A stretch of DNA of 64,000 bases from Candidatus Bathyarchaeota archaeon (GTDB lineage Archaea > Thermoproteota > Bathyarchaeia > 40CM-2-53-6 > RBG-13-38-9), in contig CAWECG010000001.1 in NCBI GenBank assembly GCA_963807605.1, positions 192,001 to 256,000 of the forward strand. The letters run 5' to 3'. The translations under genes were made by a program, and so were the position numbers. Positions 40,265 through 50,874 of the stretch are shown here, piece by piece. Below the pieces are notes generated by a model. That model was not told where the DNA came from, made no database searches, and saw only the letters and a list, made by a program, of their open reading frames with translations. Positions within the stretch are counted from its first letter, which is position 1. Every line of letters begins with the position of its first letter.

Positions 40265-41419
40265 CTATTCTTTTCCTGTTCTATCTATAAGGAGTGTGCA
40301 GGCTCCATTCTCAGACTGTACCGTGATCCTAACTAGGTTGGAAGAGTCATTGTAAGATTGGCCTACCCTGAAAGTTGCATTTTCTAAACCCGGTGCCGCT
40401 GGATCCGCGTTGACTATTTTAACCATGCCCGATTGCGGTGGGAGCTTTTCATTAACTTCAGTTATGAGAACACCGTGACTTGGAAGATACTGATCAAAAC
40501 CCAATTGTTGTCTAACCTCAATAAGGTAGTACTTGCCCGAAGTCAACGGAAGAATTGCAACCTGGACTTGGTTGGAAGTCACCTCAAGGGGGCTGAGGGT
40601 GATCTTTACTATGGATCCGGCGTCGATCGTTTTTGTCTTGACTGGCCACCCTAAGTAGAGTCTGCTCCAGGCACTCAGTTGTGCTGGGCTGGATCCGCCG
40701 GGAGGTTTGCCATTGAAGAAACCACGATCCATCAGATCCCAGTATTCCAGATAGTCGTTTTTGGGTCCGTAGGCTGGGTATAGGTCTGGAAGGCCAAGGC
40801 TGTGCATGAATTCGTGGGCAAAGACACCTAGGGGATCTTTGCCCGCCGCCTCTTCCTCAGGGACGACCATGGTGTTCTTCAGTGCGAGTCCATCTGCATA
40901 GACGGGCGGGTTGCATGTAATATAGTCAGACCAGATATCACTTACAACCCCGCTAGTCTCTTCGCCTTCTCCAGCGTGAACTATCGCTATGTGTTTGTAG
41001 AGGTTGAAGTTGACTAGATGCTCGACTGCGTGGGCGGAATCCATGAATAATTGCCGAATTTCAGAATCTCTGCCTAGCATGAAGTCATAGCCGTAGTAGG
41101 TGATGTCGTGTGGAAGTTCTACCCAATCAGTAGTATTCCCAGTAAGCCACGTGGCATTGTAGGAGACTTCTGTCAGGTATCTGTTAAGGTCTCCGAATAT
41201 GCTTTTCCCGATTTCCTGCATTGTCTTATGATGCTTGACATCTTTGAATTCTGCAAGTATGACTATAGTGGATTGAGCACCGTAAGCGCCGTTATTCTCA
41301 GAGGTTGATGTAGTTGAGGCCTGAACGTAGAGAATAGCGAAAGAATGCTGCGTAACGACTATACATAACAGAATCCCAATTGCTAAGATACGATAGAGAG
41401 AGACTCCTCTGACTTCCAT
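40265..41419 (-). CDS. Secreted M6-family (immune inhibitor A-like) metalloprotease
   Basis: Signal peptide, VHAG.GEE, HEFMHSLGLPDLY, WDLM, YYLIEVR. Confidence 0.9.
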   Translation of the reverse strand: MEVRGVSLYRILAIGILLCIVVTQHSFAILYVQASTTSTSENNGAYGAQSTIVILAEFKDVKHHKTMQEIGKSIFGDLNRYLTEVSYNATWLTGNTTDWVELPHDITYYGYDFMLGRDSEIRQLFMDSAHAVEHLVNFNLYKHIAIVHAGEGEETSGVVSDIWSDYITCNPPVYADGLALKNTMVVPEEEAAGKDPLGVFAHEFMHSLGLPDLYPAYGPKNDYLEYWDLMDRGFFNGKPPGGSSPAQLSAWSRLYLGWPVKTKTIDAGSIVKITLSPLEVTSNQVQVAILPLTSGKYYLIEVRQQLGFDQYLPSHGVLITEVNEKLPPQSGMVKIVNADPAAPGLENATFRVGQSYNDSSNLVRITVQSENGACTLLIDRTGKE

Positions 41420-41634
41420 AGAGTTGCCTTCGATCTGAAGAGGCTTGTATCTCTGATCGGATTTTCGAAAGGGCGACTAAGTGTTTTTCGTATAGCCTAT
41501 TGATGTCTATGATACAGATTCATGAACTTTGGTTCACTCGCGGTTTCTGGGCAACTTATGTTCCTCTGAACTGCTGCGATGTGGCGGTTTGAGGCTGAAA
41601 AGTCGACTGCTAACCGCGCGAGTCTCTTGCAATA

Positions 41635-41900
41635 TCATATTTTCTGTGTTATTTTTGTGAACTGGCTTGGTGACCGTATCCTGTCGAGGTGGTCGTGCTT
41701 GATCGCTGATGAGGTGGTTGCGAGTAACACCAGCAGACAGAGAAGCACATGTGACAAGACGTTTCTTAGGCCGCGTGTTCGAAGCTGAGACAATCCGAAA
41801 TGTGTCTTGAGCCTTGAGAATGTTCTCTCCACCGAGGATCGACGTTTATACAGTTGTTTCAGACGGGTAGGGCCGTGAGAGCGGAAGCGTGCGCTTCCAA
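41635..41900 (-). pseudogene. C-terminal fragment of a DDE transposase
   Basis: LYKRRSSVERTFSRLK..FGL..LRTRG (Y..R..E..F..K signature); 5' part missing. Confidence 0.75.
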
Positions 41901-41902
41901 CG

Positions 41903-41955
41903 CTGTAAAATTACGCATCTAGAACTGTAAAATTACGCGGGTAATACTGCAAAAC
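41903..41955. repeat. Direct repeats with a 22-bp period (CTGTAAAATTACGC twice plus a degenerate third copy)
   Basis: Copies start at 41903, 41925 and 41947; related TGTAAAATTGCGC at 42241. Confidence 0.75.
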
Positions 41956-42356
41956 GTTTTATTTCTGCTGGTGTTGCATTTCGTGGAACTATTGTAAGAC
42001 CATTCTGTGAAGCCGACGTAGTCCAGTTTGGACATTACGCCTTCACACAGTACAAAGGCTGCCATGGCCCTAATAGCGTTTTCTCGATGTTGCCCATGAT
42101 GTTATCCCCGATAGAAGCGGAACAAACAGGAACTTACTTCCATTCTAAAAAAATTTTTTTTGTGTGTAAAGTTCGTGTTTTTTCCTGTCTTTTCCTGTCT
42201 TTTCCGGTAAATTCGTGTAGCGCGCGCTCATGTGAAATCATGTAAAATTGCGCGTGCGCTCCTAACCTACGTATGATTCATTGTCCCGTATTACCAGTGA
42301 TTAGCTGAGGGAAGTAGCATGGCACGCGGGTGTGGGGAGATAAGCGTGTGCGTTTC

Positions 42357-45300
42357 CTACGTCAACGAACTTTGACGCTTAAACTTGGATCTTGGTCGTC
42401 GTAAAAGAAGATTCGCTGCAATCACCCCTACGACTAATGCTGATAGGTAACCTAAGTTGCTGTTGAATTCTGGGACGCTAAACATGAAGGACTGTAGTCT
42501 GAAATTGATTTGCGCATCCGATCCGTTCGATAGGCTGATTGCGGTTGAAGTAGGGTTGTAGTAGGGTAGGGAGGGGAATACTAGGTACTTGTCTTCTTGA
42601 AGCCACATGCTGTAGTATCCGTTGAGTGTGTAGGTGTAGTCACGTGTTTTTGATCCGACTGCGTCTATTGTCGCCCAGTTTATCGGGACTAGTACGCCGA
42701 ACATGTTGAGACTTGTAACGTTCCCGGTAAGGTGTGCCAGACGATTAAGGTCCATTTCTATGGTAGCTTGTCCACCCGGAGAAACAGTGACCATACTAAC
42801 AAAATATCCTTGTGAATAACCAGGTAGGTAAGCTAGAACCCTGTAGGAGCCGGGCGGCAGTCCATAGTCTGTTTGAATACGGCCGTCTGTCGCGTCGTAA
42901 TAGTTGACCCACCTGAGCGCTGGATCACCTGCATAACTACTGAAACCAGCAAGCTCCAAGGTGATAATTTTGCTGCTTGCCGGCACATAAGTGATATTGG
43001 CAGCTACGAAATTACCCAGCGAGTCGTAGAGCTCGGCGCGGAAAGGAACCCTAGAGAATGGATATGTGTCTATGCTTGCCGGTAGACCTTCCTTTTCTAG
43101 GATTACGGAAAGGTCGATTGTACTGCCTACTACAACATTTACTCCAAAGTCACTTGCGAGTCCATCAACTATGTTTATTGAAGAATTGTACATGTTCTCC
43201 TGATAATAGCCGATAGTGTAGACGTGAATTAGGTATTTGCCGCCGCGCAGCCCCGGAATTGTGACTGAAGCGCTACTGGAAAAGGGGTTCTGCCGAGTGA
43301 AGAATGTCCCGTATACTAATCCATTGTACTGGTCAACAAGGTCAACTCTTATGTTTGCACCAGGGTATTTCCAGATCTGAGGCTGTCGAGGCGATTGTGA
43401 GTTTACTGAGCGGACCGATAGCTGCAGGGATCCGAACTGGACAACATCAAGACTGGCTTCGATCATACTACAGCTAGCGGTCGTAACAGAGAAGTAGTAG
43501 TATTGAAAGAAATCGGGAGTAGTAACAGTAACATTGTAGGTTTCGTCTGGAAGTCCATAGTCGCGTAAAGTGCCAAGAAACCCTGTTACGATTACATCAG
43601 CGGATTTCGCTCCCTTTGCAACAGTAGTGTAATTCTCACCCCGCAATATTGCACTCTTATCATAGAGTTCAACCGTGACTGTCTCGGAACGCGGAACACC
43701 ATTAACAAGAGGAGTTCCTTGCGGAAAGTCTTTGAAGTCAATACGAATGTCAGCTGACCCAGAACGAAAAACGTCAAAATCAACTTGTACAACTGCTGGG
43801 TTAAGATACGATGAGAAATCAACTATCGTATCATTTGGTTGAAGGTACTGATTAATCCAAACCCTCACCTTGTAAGGCTCCGGCAGGATTCCTGCAACGT
43901 AGCCCGAAAAATCCTGTGGTATATGCCCGTCAAGTTCAGTCGATCCATCATATGTAAAATTGTAACTAAGTGAATTCGGATCCGTAACATTCTGGAGAAG
44001 ACGCCATGAATTATCGAGGGAATCAAGGATCTCAATTGTGACTGGTCTAGGATATAGCGCTGGAACACGCGCCAAAGATTTATTCCATAACGAAGATACG
44101 GAATTATAGTCGGAAAAATTATAAGCGCTTGGGCTATAAGAGTTCCCGCCAATAAGCGCATAGGTCAAATCGTTACTTGTGTCAAAGGTCAATGAGCCTC
44201 CTGGTCCAATATTAATCGGAGTAATGGGTAGTGTGGACCAAGCGGTAGCGGGAGGCGCGCTTGGATTATAACTCAAGAAGGTGTTGGTGCCTCCACCTTC
44301 GAGCGCATAGATGAGGTCGTTCGAGCTGTCGAATGAAAGGGATCCGCCTGCGCTTATTACCACTGGTGTAGTTGGGGGAGTTAAGGGAGTGTTCCATGAA
44401 TTGGTCGTCGGATTATAACTCCAAAAATCGCTGGTACCGCCACCCCTTAATGCATAGAGATTGCCATTATTGGAGTCGAATACTAAGCTGCCGCCTGCGC
44501 CTACGAGGTTCGGGGTTGTGGCAACCGACGGCCATTGGTTAAGGGTTGGAGAGTAACTGTAGAGGTCAGTCGTGTTGCCGATCAGTGCGTATAATATACC
44601 AGTATCAGAGTCGTATGCGATCGAGCTCCCATTTTGCTCTGGAATTTGGCGCCCGTTAGTGCCTGTAAGAGATTGCTCAGTCTGCCACTGATCGATGGTA
44701 ACATCATAAGCCCATAAGGCACTTGAGCCTCCTCCTTGAAGAGCGTAGATGTACTCTGACCCATCGTAGGCAAGCGATCCTCCCCCTCCAACTTGACCCG
44801 GTGCTGGCGATACAAACGTCCACTTGTTGGAGACCGTGTTATACTTGAGGAAGTCAGAAGTCCCATTCCCCCGAAACGCGTAGATAAAGTCCCCCTGTGC
44901 GCATCCTCCTCCGCCGACTACAGAGGTACTGCCAACGTATGCGAATGCAGCACCGAATCCCGGTGCGGAATGATTGGCTATGAAGCCCCATGGCACTGGC
45001 ATGTTTTCGCATTTGGACCGTACAATCCCTTCAAGCGTGGGACAGGAGGTAATGCACAAGTCTATTCCATCCGCTGATTGTCCTGGACGAACTGTGACAA
45101 GGTTATTCATAATTGTGGGCCAATACCCCGACGCATAGGCGGTAAGATTGTAAGTTCCAGCAGCCAGACCGTAAACAGTATAATGGCCAAGAGCTGAAGA
45201 ATTGAAGAAGGCTTGGCCAACAACTTTTCTCCCGTCAGGTGTTACTCCTTCAGCGATGACTTTTCCGCCGTCTAAGCAGCCAAGCCGAAGCGGACCTCCG

Positions 45301-45986
45301 TAGTAGCCATATCCATAGCCATAATTGTATCTGAAGAGGTTACTGCTGCAATCAACAACCGTTCCAGATATGTAGGCAGGATTTGGATCGGCGGAAACGA
45401 CTAAGATTGGGAAGTTTTGCCACCCTATCGACTTTCCATCTATAAAGGCCTTGAAGAAGTATAGTCCGACAATGCTGGGGGCTGTGACATTAAACAGCCT
45501 GACGAATTGAGGTATACTGGCATTGATACTGCCTGTTCCGTTTCGGATTTCGATTCTATACCAGAGGGGGGCTATGGGATCACGATTTGAAAGTGTTCTT
45601 AGCGAGATGTATCTGTAGTTGTTCGTTATACTGCTCCAGATATAGCTCGAATTGGGTCCCAGCACAAACTCAGGAGGAATGTAAAGATCGATGGTTCGAA
45701 AAATCGCTGAGCTCAATGTCACGTTGAAGAGGAGGTCACCAATAGTTTGTTGGAGTACCATACCCTCCGGATATTCGAGTTTAACTTGGGCTTCAGATGT
45801 GTTAAGATAGTCGTTGTGTGCGGGGAGGTTGTCATATACACCGCCAGGAATCTGGCCTGGCGAAACTTTGACAGGGCGCGTGTTTGTAATGGCAGCGCTG
45901 GCACTGCTAGTAACTAGAAAATTGAATAAGAGAAGAATAAGCAGTGAGGTTACGAATAATCGTCGCAGAGCTAATTTCTCCATCAT
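42357..45986 (-). CDS. Large secreted surface protein: carboxypeptidase-regulatory/Ig-like domains, Kelch-like propeller, PEF-type C-terminal anchor
   Basis: Signal peptide; repeats GGSL.FD...LYAL.GG...F.SYNP..N.W; VPEF + TM + RRPR tail. Confidence 0.85.
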   Translation of the reverse strand: MMEKLALRRLFVTSLLILLLFNFLVTSSASAAITNTRPVKVSPGQIPGGVYDNLPAHNDYLNTSEAQVKLEYPEGMVLQQTIGDLLFNVTLSSAIFRTIDLYIPPEFVLGPNSSYIWSSITNNYRYISLRTLSNRDPIAPLWYRIEIRNGTGSINASIPQFVRLFNVTAPSIVGLYFFKAFIDGKSIGWQNFPILVVSADPNPAYISGTVVDCSSNLFRYNYGYGYGYYGGPLRLGCLDGGKVIAEGVTPDGRKVVGQAFFNSSALGHYTVYGLAAGTYNLTAYASGYWPTIMNNLVTVRPGQSADGIDLCITSCPTLEGIVRSKCENMPVPWGFIANHSAPGFGAAFAYVGSTSVVGGGGCAQGDFIYAFRGNGTSDFLKYNTVSNKWTFVSPAPGQVGGGGSLAYDGSEYIYALQGGGSSALWAYDVTIDQWQTEQSLTGTNGRQIPEQNGSSIAYDSDTGILYALIGNTTDLYSYSPTLNQWPSVATTPNLVGAGGSLVFDSNNGNLYALRGGGTSDFWSYNPTTNSWNTPLTPPTTPVVISAGGSLSFDSSNDLIYALEGGGTNTFLSYNPSAPPATAWSTLPITPINIGPGGSLTFDTSNDLTYALIGGNSYSPSAYNFSDYNSVSSLWNKSLARVPALYPRPVTIEILDSLDNSWRLLQNVTDPNSLSYNFTYDGSTELDGHIPQDFSGYVAGILPEPYKVRVWINQYLQPNDTIVDFSSYLNPAVVQVDFDVFRSGSADIRIDFKDFPQGTPLVNGVPRSETVTVELYDKSAILRGENYTTVAKGAKSADVIVTGFLGTLRDYGLPDETYNVTVTTPDFFQYYYFSVTTASCSMIEASLDVVQFGSLQLSVRSVNSQSPRQPQIWKYPGANIRVDLVDQYNGLVYGTFFTRQNPFSSSASVTIPGLRGGKYLIHVYTIGYYQENMYNSSINIVDGLASDFGVNVVVGSTIDLSVILEKEGLPASIDTYPFSRVPFRAELYDSLGNFVAANITYVPASSKIITLELAGFSSYAGDPALRWVNYYDATDGRIQTDYGLPPGSYRVLAYLPGYSQGYFVSMVTVSPGGQATIEMDLNRLAHLTGNVTSLNMFGVLVPINWATIDAVGSKTRDYTYTLNGYYSMWLQEDKYLVFPSLPYYNPTSTAISLSNGSDAQINFRLQSFMFSVPEFNSNLGYLSALVVGVIAANLLLRRPRSKFKRQSSLT

Positions 45987-46021
45987 TTGCTTTTGTCATA
46001 TTTATCTTCTATCAGGCTTTA

Positions 46022-47275
46022 TCATTCATATTTGAGGGCTAGAACAGCATTCATTCTTGATGCACGCCAGGCAGGGTAGAACCCTGCAAGAACAGCAAGT
46101 GCAATTGGGAAAGTCAAGGAGAAGATGAACAGTTGGGTGGAAAAGATTGGAGTATAAGAGCTGCTAGAGGCTGGGACTGGGGCTCTGCCGCCGCCGCCAA
46201 AGCCACGTCCGCCGGTGTTGATGGTGAAGGAGGAGGAGATGCCCCCGCCAAGCATGAAAGATAAAACTATGCCGAATAATGTTCCGATTATGGCACCTGC
46301 TACTCCTGTAAGCGCAGCTTCAGAGAGGAATAGTGACAAGATCTGCTTTGGCTTGTAACCAATAGCCTTCATTATCCCAATTTCACGTGTTCTCTCCATT
46401 ACGGAGACGAACATGGTATTAGCAATTCCTATAGCTGCAACCACCAAAGTCACCACGGCCACCCCGCCTAAGAAGAGTGTCAGCGACCCCGTAATTGTTT
46501 GAACAGTCTGAAGCATGGCAGTGGAACTGAAGACCCTCGCATTACCCCCGAAGTAGCTTTGTATTGAAGTAGTTACATCGTTCACGTTATCCGCTGAGTC
46601 AACCATGACATACATACCGCTATAATATTTTACTCCGAAGATCGTGCGGGCTGACATACTCGTAAAAATACATGCATCAAGGTTCGTAAATCCCACAGTG
46701 CCGTAAGGAGCCATGATCCCCTTAGCAACGAAGGTATAACTCGGGGCGGCGCCTCTACCAGTTGCCATGCCTTGAATAGTGACCATACCGTTTACCCCTA
46801 CTGGCGGAAAACCACTGTCGTTAGGTGGGTTGGCTACTTCTGTGCCTATTACTGCACCTGTAGGGTCAAACCCACCAACTGTGGTGCCCTCGACGAATGT
46901 AATACCTCTGTAGAGTGATGTGAGTTTCGTCTGGTCCAATCCAATAAGTTGGATCGGTAGAGAGTTGCTGCCATAGTTGATGCTTAATCTTTCTTGGAAA
47001 TATGGAATAACATCTTGTACATCAGCCATATTCCTGACTACTGCGACATCCTGATCCCTGATAGGAGTTCTCAGTGAGGTTGAGGAAACAGTCAATGTTG
47101 TGACTCCAATCTTGTCGATTTGAGTTTGAACGCTTGCGCTCAGGCCGCTGGTTGAAGCGACCAGCGCTACTATCAGAGAGCAGCCGATGACTATTCCAAG
47201 TATCGTAAGGGCACTGCGGAGTTTCCGATCCTTCAACGCTTTGAAGGCCATATGATAATAGTCGTTGATACGCAA
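46022..47275 (-). CDS. MacB/FtsX-family ABC permease (copy 2)
   Basis: RS.LT.LGI.IG, SVMERTREIG.MKAIG, YPAWRAS. Confidence 0.93.
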   Translation of the reverse strand: MRINDYYHMAFKALKDRKLRSALTILGIVIGCSLIVALVASTSGLSASVQTQIDKIGVTTLTVSSTSLRTPIRDQDVAVVRNMADVQDVIPYFQERLSINYGSNSLPIQLIGLDQTKLTSLYRGITFVEGTTVGGFDPTGAVIGTEVANPPNDSGFPPVGVNGMVTIQGMATGRGAAPSYTFVAKGIMAPYGTVGFTNLDACIFTSMSARTIFGVKYYSGMYVMVDSADNVNDVTTSIQSYFGGNARVFSSTAMLQTVQTITGSLTLFLGGVAVVTLVVAAIGIANTMFVSVMERTREIGIMKAIGYKPKQILSLFLSEAALTGVAGAIIGTLFGIVLSFMLGGGISSSFTINTGGRGFGGGGRAPVPASSSSYTPIFSTQLFIFSLTFPIALAVLAGFYPAWRASRMNAVLALKYE

Positions 47276-47277
47276 GG

Positions 47278-47526
47278 CTAGCTTCCGCCTGTTGAATCCC
47301 TCAAAATCACTAACCCGAAAATACCAAAGAAGAATCTGAAGATTTGCCCCAGGTCTGTCATCAGCGCTTGAAATGGGCTTCTCTCCGCAGTGCGCCTTGT
47401 GACGGCCGTGTTAACCGGCGCAGTAACTTCGAAAGTATCCTGCCCGTAATACGTCACAATACTTCGACCTCCAGACAAATTCGTGAACGGCTCCTGCAAA
47501 AACAGCCTCTCACTAACTCTTGTCAT
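47278..47526 (-). CDS. Internally deleted, still in-frame paralog of 48806-49795
   Basis: LFLQ.PF.NLSGGR.IVTYYGQD fused directly to the C-terminal PFQ.LMTDLGQIFRFFFG. Confidence 0.75.
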   Translation of the reverse strand: MTRVSERLFLQEPFTNLSGGRSIVTYYGQDTFEVTAPVNTAVTRRTAERSPFQALMTDLGQIFRFFFGIFGLVILRDSTGGS

Positions 47527-47548
47527 AATTATCTTCTATCAGGCTTTA

Positions 47549-48802
47549 TCAGTCATATTTGAGGGCTATAACAGCATTCATTTTTGATGCACGCCAGGCA
47601 GGGTATAGCCCTGCAAGAACAGCAAGTATGATTGGGAAAGTCAAGGAGAAGATGAACAGTTGGGTGGAAAAGACTGGGGCATAAGAGGTGCTAGAGGTTT
47701 GGACTGCGGGTCTGGGAGCGCCGCCAAAGCCACGTGGCTGGAAGTTGAAGGAGGAGGAGATGCCCCCGCCAAGCAAGAAAGATAAAAAGATGCCGAATAA
47801 TGTTCCGATTATGGCACCTGCTATTCCTGTAAGCGCGGCTTCATAGAGGAATAGTGACAAGATCTGCTTTGGCCTGTAGCCAATAGCCTTCATTATCCCA
47901 ATTTCACGTGTCCTCTCCATTACGGAGACGAACATAGTATTAGCAATTCCTACAGCTGCAACCATCAAAGTGACCACAGCCACCCCGCCTAAGAAGAGTG
48001 TCAGCGACCCTGTAATTGATTGAACGGTCTGAAGAAGGGCAGTGGAACTGAAGACCCTCGCATTACCCCCGAAGTAGCTCTGTAGTGAAGCAAGCACATC
48101 GTTTACGTTATCCGCTGAGTTAACGATGACATACATACCGCTATAATATTTTATTCCGAAGAGAGTGCGGGCTGACATACTCGTAAAAATAGATTCATCA
48201 AGGTTCGTAAATCCTACAGTGCCGTAAGGAGCCATGATCCCTTTAGCAATGAAGGTATAAGTCGGGGGGGCGCCTTTACCTTTACCACTTGAGGTGGCCT
48301 GAATAGAGACCAGACCGTTTACCCCTATTGGCGGAAAACCACTGTCGTTAGGTGGAAAGGCTATATCTGTGCCTATTACTGCGCCCGTAGGGTCAAACCC
48401 ACCAACTGTAGTGCCCTCGGCAACCGTCAGACCTTTGTAGAGTGATGTGAGTTTCGTCTGGTCAAATCCCACAATACTGACAGACAGCGTGCTGCTGCCA
48501 TAGTTGATGCTCGATCTTTTTGAGAAATATGGAATAACATCTTGTACACCAGCCATATTCTTGACTGCCGCAACATCCTGATCCGTGATAGGAGTTCTCT
48601 GTGAGGTTGAGAAAACCTGCAAAGTTGTCACTCCAATCTTATCGACTTGAGCTTGAACGCTTGCGCTCAGGCCGCTGGTTGAAGCGACCAGCGCCACTAT
48701 CAGAGAGCAGCCGATGACTATTCCAAGTACCGTAAGGCCAGTGCGGAGTTTCCGATCCCTCAACGCTTTAAAGGCCATATGATAATAGTCGGCGATACGC
48801 AA
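47549..48802 (-). CDS. MacB/FtsX-family ABC permease (copy 1)
   Basis: Same motifs; highly similar to 46022-47275. Confidence 0.93.
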   Translation of the reverse strand: MRIADYYHMAFKALRDRKLRTGLTVLGIVIGCSLIVALVASTSGLSASVQAQVDKIGVTTLQVFSTSQRTPITDQDVAAVKNMAGVQDVIPYFSKRSSINYGSSTLSVSIVGFDQTKLTSLYKGLTVAEGTTVGGFDPTGAVIGTDIAFPPNDSGFPPIGVNGLVSIQATSSGKGKGAPPTYTFIAKGIMAPYGTVGFTNLDESIFTSMSARTLFGIKYYSGMYVIVNSADNVNDVLASLQSYFGGNARVFSSTALLQTVQSITGSLTLFLGGVAVVTLMVAAVGIANTMFVSVMERTREIGIMKAIGYRPKQILSLFLYEAALTGIAGAIIGTLFGIFLSFLLGGGISSSFNFQPRGFGGAPRPAVQTSSTSYAPVFSTQLFIFSLTFPIILAVLAGLYPAWRASKMNAVIALKYD

Positions 48803-48805
48803 AGG

Positions 48806-49795
48806 CTAGCTTCCGCCTTTTGAATCCCTCAAAATCATGAATGCGCCGAGACCACCAAAGAAGAATCTGAAGATTTGCCCCAAGTCTGTCATCAGCGTTT
48901 GAAATGGGGTTCTCGCCACTGCACGCCTTATGGGCGTGGTAACCGGCGGAACAACTTCCAAAGGTATCGTGAAAAGATCATTGTGAATTACGTTCAGCGA
49001 ATCCAGATATGTAACAGATACTTCCACGGGATAAATTCCTGGAGTCGTTGTTCGCTTGACTTGAATCGTGCCGCTGAAAGGCCTTGGAACATTCGGGTCA
49101 GCCTCTCCGACATATACAAATGCTCCTCCAATGAAAGCTGGTGAAGAAATTGAAACGTTTGTGTTGCCCAGAAGTACAGTTGCGAGGTCTACAACAGTTC
49201 CTGATATTGTGAGGTTCCCGCCTGGACTAATCGTGCTGGGGTAGACGCTCACGGAGAATACGCTTGAATAAGTTCTTTGCGTAATGAGAGCGGGAATATC
49301 CATATTTATTTGTTCACTGAGGTATAATGTCGCTCCGGTTCCGGGAACTACTTGGAGATAATTCGCCTCCATCTTCAGGACATGCATCCCAATGCTTGCG
49401 TTGCTGGCAATGTTCAGGAGGAATTCAGTTTGAGCAACCCCGCCGGGCGATATATCCTGCCCGTAATACGTCACAATAGCTCGACCTCCAGACAAATTTG
49501 CGAACGGTGCCTGCAAAAACAGCGTCTCACTAAGACCCGTCGATGTACGATTGCCAATGTTTTGTACGCTCACATAGAGCGGAAGATTCATGTCACCCGG
49601 GCTCGCGTATATCGAACTGCTTGCGTTTGGGGAGCCCCACAAGCTATTCACAACCTTCAACGTCGAAGGGGCTAAGGGCGGGTAAGGTGGAGGTTGAGCC
49701 GCTACTCTACCATTATCATGCGTCTGAAGGGATACTGTGGTACACGCAATCCACAAAACGATCAAAATCTGAATATATCTGCGCATTTGAACCAA
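48806..49795 (-). CDS. Secreted COG1361-like (S-layer/Ig-fold) ABC accessory protein
   Basis: Signal peptide, PGD..L.V.V.N.G, PG.YPV.V.VTY.D, C-terminal hydrophobic segment. Confidence 0.75.
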   Translation of the reverse strand: MVQMRRYIQILIVLWIACTTVSLQTHDNGRVAAQPPPYPPLAPSTLKVVNSLWGSPNASSSIYASPGDMNLPLYVSVQNIGNRTSTGLSETLFLQAPFANLSGGRAIVTYYGQDISPGGVAQTEFLLNIASNASIGMHVLKMEANYLQVVPGTGATLYLSEQINMDIPALITQRTYSSVFSVSVYPSTISPGGNLTISGTVVDLATVLLGNTNVSISSPAFIGGAFVYVGEADPNVPRPFSGTIQVKRTTTPGIYPVEVSVTYLDSLNVIHNDLFTIPLEVVPPVTTPIRRAVARTPFQTLMTDLGQIFRFFFGGLGAFMILRDSKGGS

Positions 49796-49808
49796 GCTTA
49801 ATTCACCA

Positions 49809-50525
49809 TTAGCTACGTTCTTCTCGTTCTATTACTCCATCACGTAGAATTATTCGTCTCTGAGTTTCGGAGGCAATCTCAATATTATGCGTCACCAAAA
49901 CAAAAGTTGTATTCAAACGCTTATTGACATCTATGATAATTTTAAGGATTGCCATAGCGGTCTTGGTGTCGAGGTTGCCTGTCGGCTCGTCGCCCAGAAC
50001 AATAGCTGGATCTGTTGCCATAGCACGAGCGATTGCTACCCTCTGCTGCTCCCCGCCACTCAACTCAGCAGGCCGATTCAGGCTTTTAGAAGCTAGACCA
50101 ACCTCACTCAAAGCCTTGATGGCATGATCCTTGCGTTTTATTGGATCTGCACCTTGAGCTATCAGAGGCAGCTCAATATTCTCCACAGTATTCAGCCGAT
50201 GAATCAAATTGAACGACTGGAAAACAAAGCCTATGCGTTCATTCCTCATTACTGCAAGTCTCTCTTCGCTCATCTTCGAGGTATCCTGTCCCTCAATCAA
50301 CACCTTTCCGCTACTTGGTCTGTCAAGCAGCCCCATCAGTTGAAGCATAGTGGATTTTCCACTTCCTGAAGGCCCTAAAATAGAGACAAGCTCGCCTTTC
50401 TCAATCTTAATCGAAACCCCACGTAAGGCCTCAAAACGCATTCCGCCTATCTTATAGACCTTAACCAGGTCTCTAGTCTCAATCGCTGGACTGTTGTTGT
50501 TCCTCTTCAACGATTTTTCTCCCAC
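49809..50525 (-). CDS. ABC ATPase, LolD/MacB type
   Basis: [40 protein letters not shown]. Confidence 0.95.
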   Translation of the reverse strand: MGEKSLKRNNNSPAIETRDLVKVYKIGGMRFEALRGVSIKIEKGELVSILGPSGSGKSTMLQLMGLLDRPSSGKVLIEGQDTSKMSEERLAVMRNERIGFVFQSFNLIHRLNTVENIELPLIAQGADPIKRKDHAIKALSEVGLASKSLNRPAELSGGEQQRVAIARAMATDPAIVLGDEPTGNLDTKTAMAILKIIIDVNKRLNTTFVLVTHNIEIASETQRRIILRDGVIEREERS

Positions 50526-50874
50526 GTATTCTCAATGTCAAACGGGCTGCAACAAAGACTAGCAGAATTACTAATACACCGACTACAAAAGAGATAGCCA
50601 AGAAACTGGTTACACTCTGAGCAGCTACCTGACCACCAGTAAAAACACGAGGTGTGGCCGTAGATACAGCCTGCGATGCACCCTGAGGTGTATACTGCGT
50701 GGTTGTTGGGCCTGGGAAAGCATATAGAAGAACGGCGTTAGCGAGGTTGCCCAATCCTCCGAGTATAGACCCTACGATGATAAACTTCCAACTCACATCT
50801 GCTTTTGTCTTACTAAGGACTAAGCCAATCATAATTCCCGCGATTAATAGAGGCAAGATCGTTGGTGTAGGCAT
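50479..50874 (-). CDS. Hypothetical 3-TM membrane protein
   Basis: Three hydrophobic segments; first gene of the ABC operon. Confidence 0.7.
   Translation of the reverse strand: MPTPTILPLLIAGIMIGLVLSKTKADVSWKFIIVGSILGGLGNLANAVLLYAFPGPTTTQYTPQGASQAVSTATPRVFTGGQVAAQSVTSFLAISFVVGVLVILLVFVAARLTLRIRGRKIVEEEQQQSSD

Noticed and set aside
41903-42210. CRISPR array
   Set aside because: Repeats are 14 bp with 8-bp gaps and only 2-3 copies; no cas genes in the window
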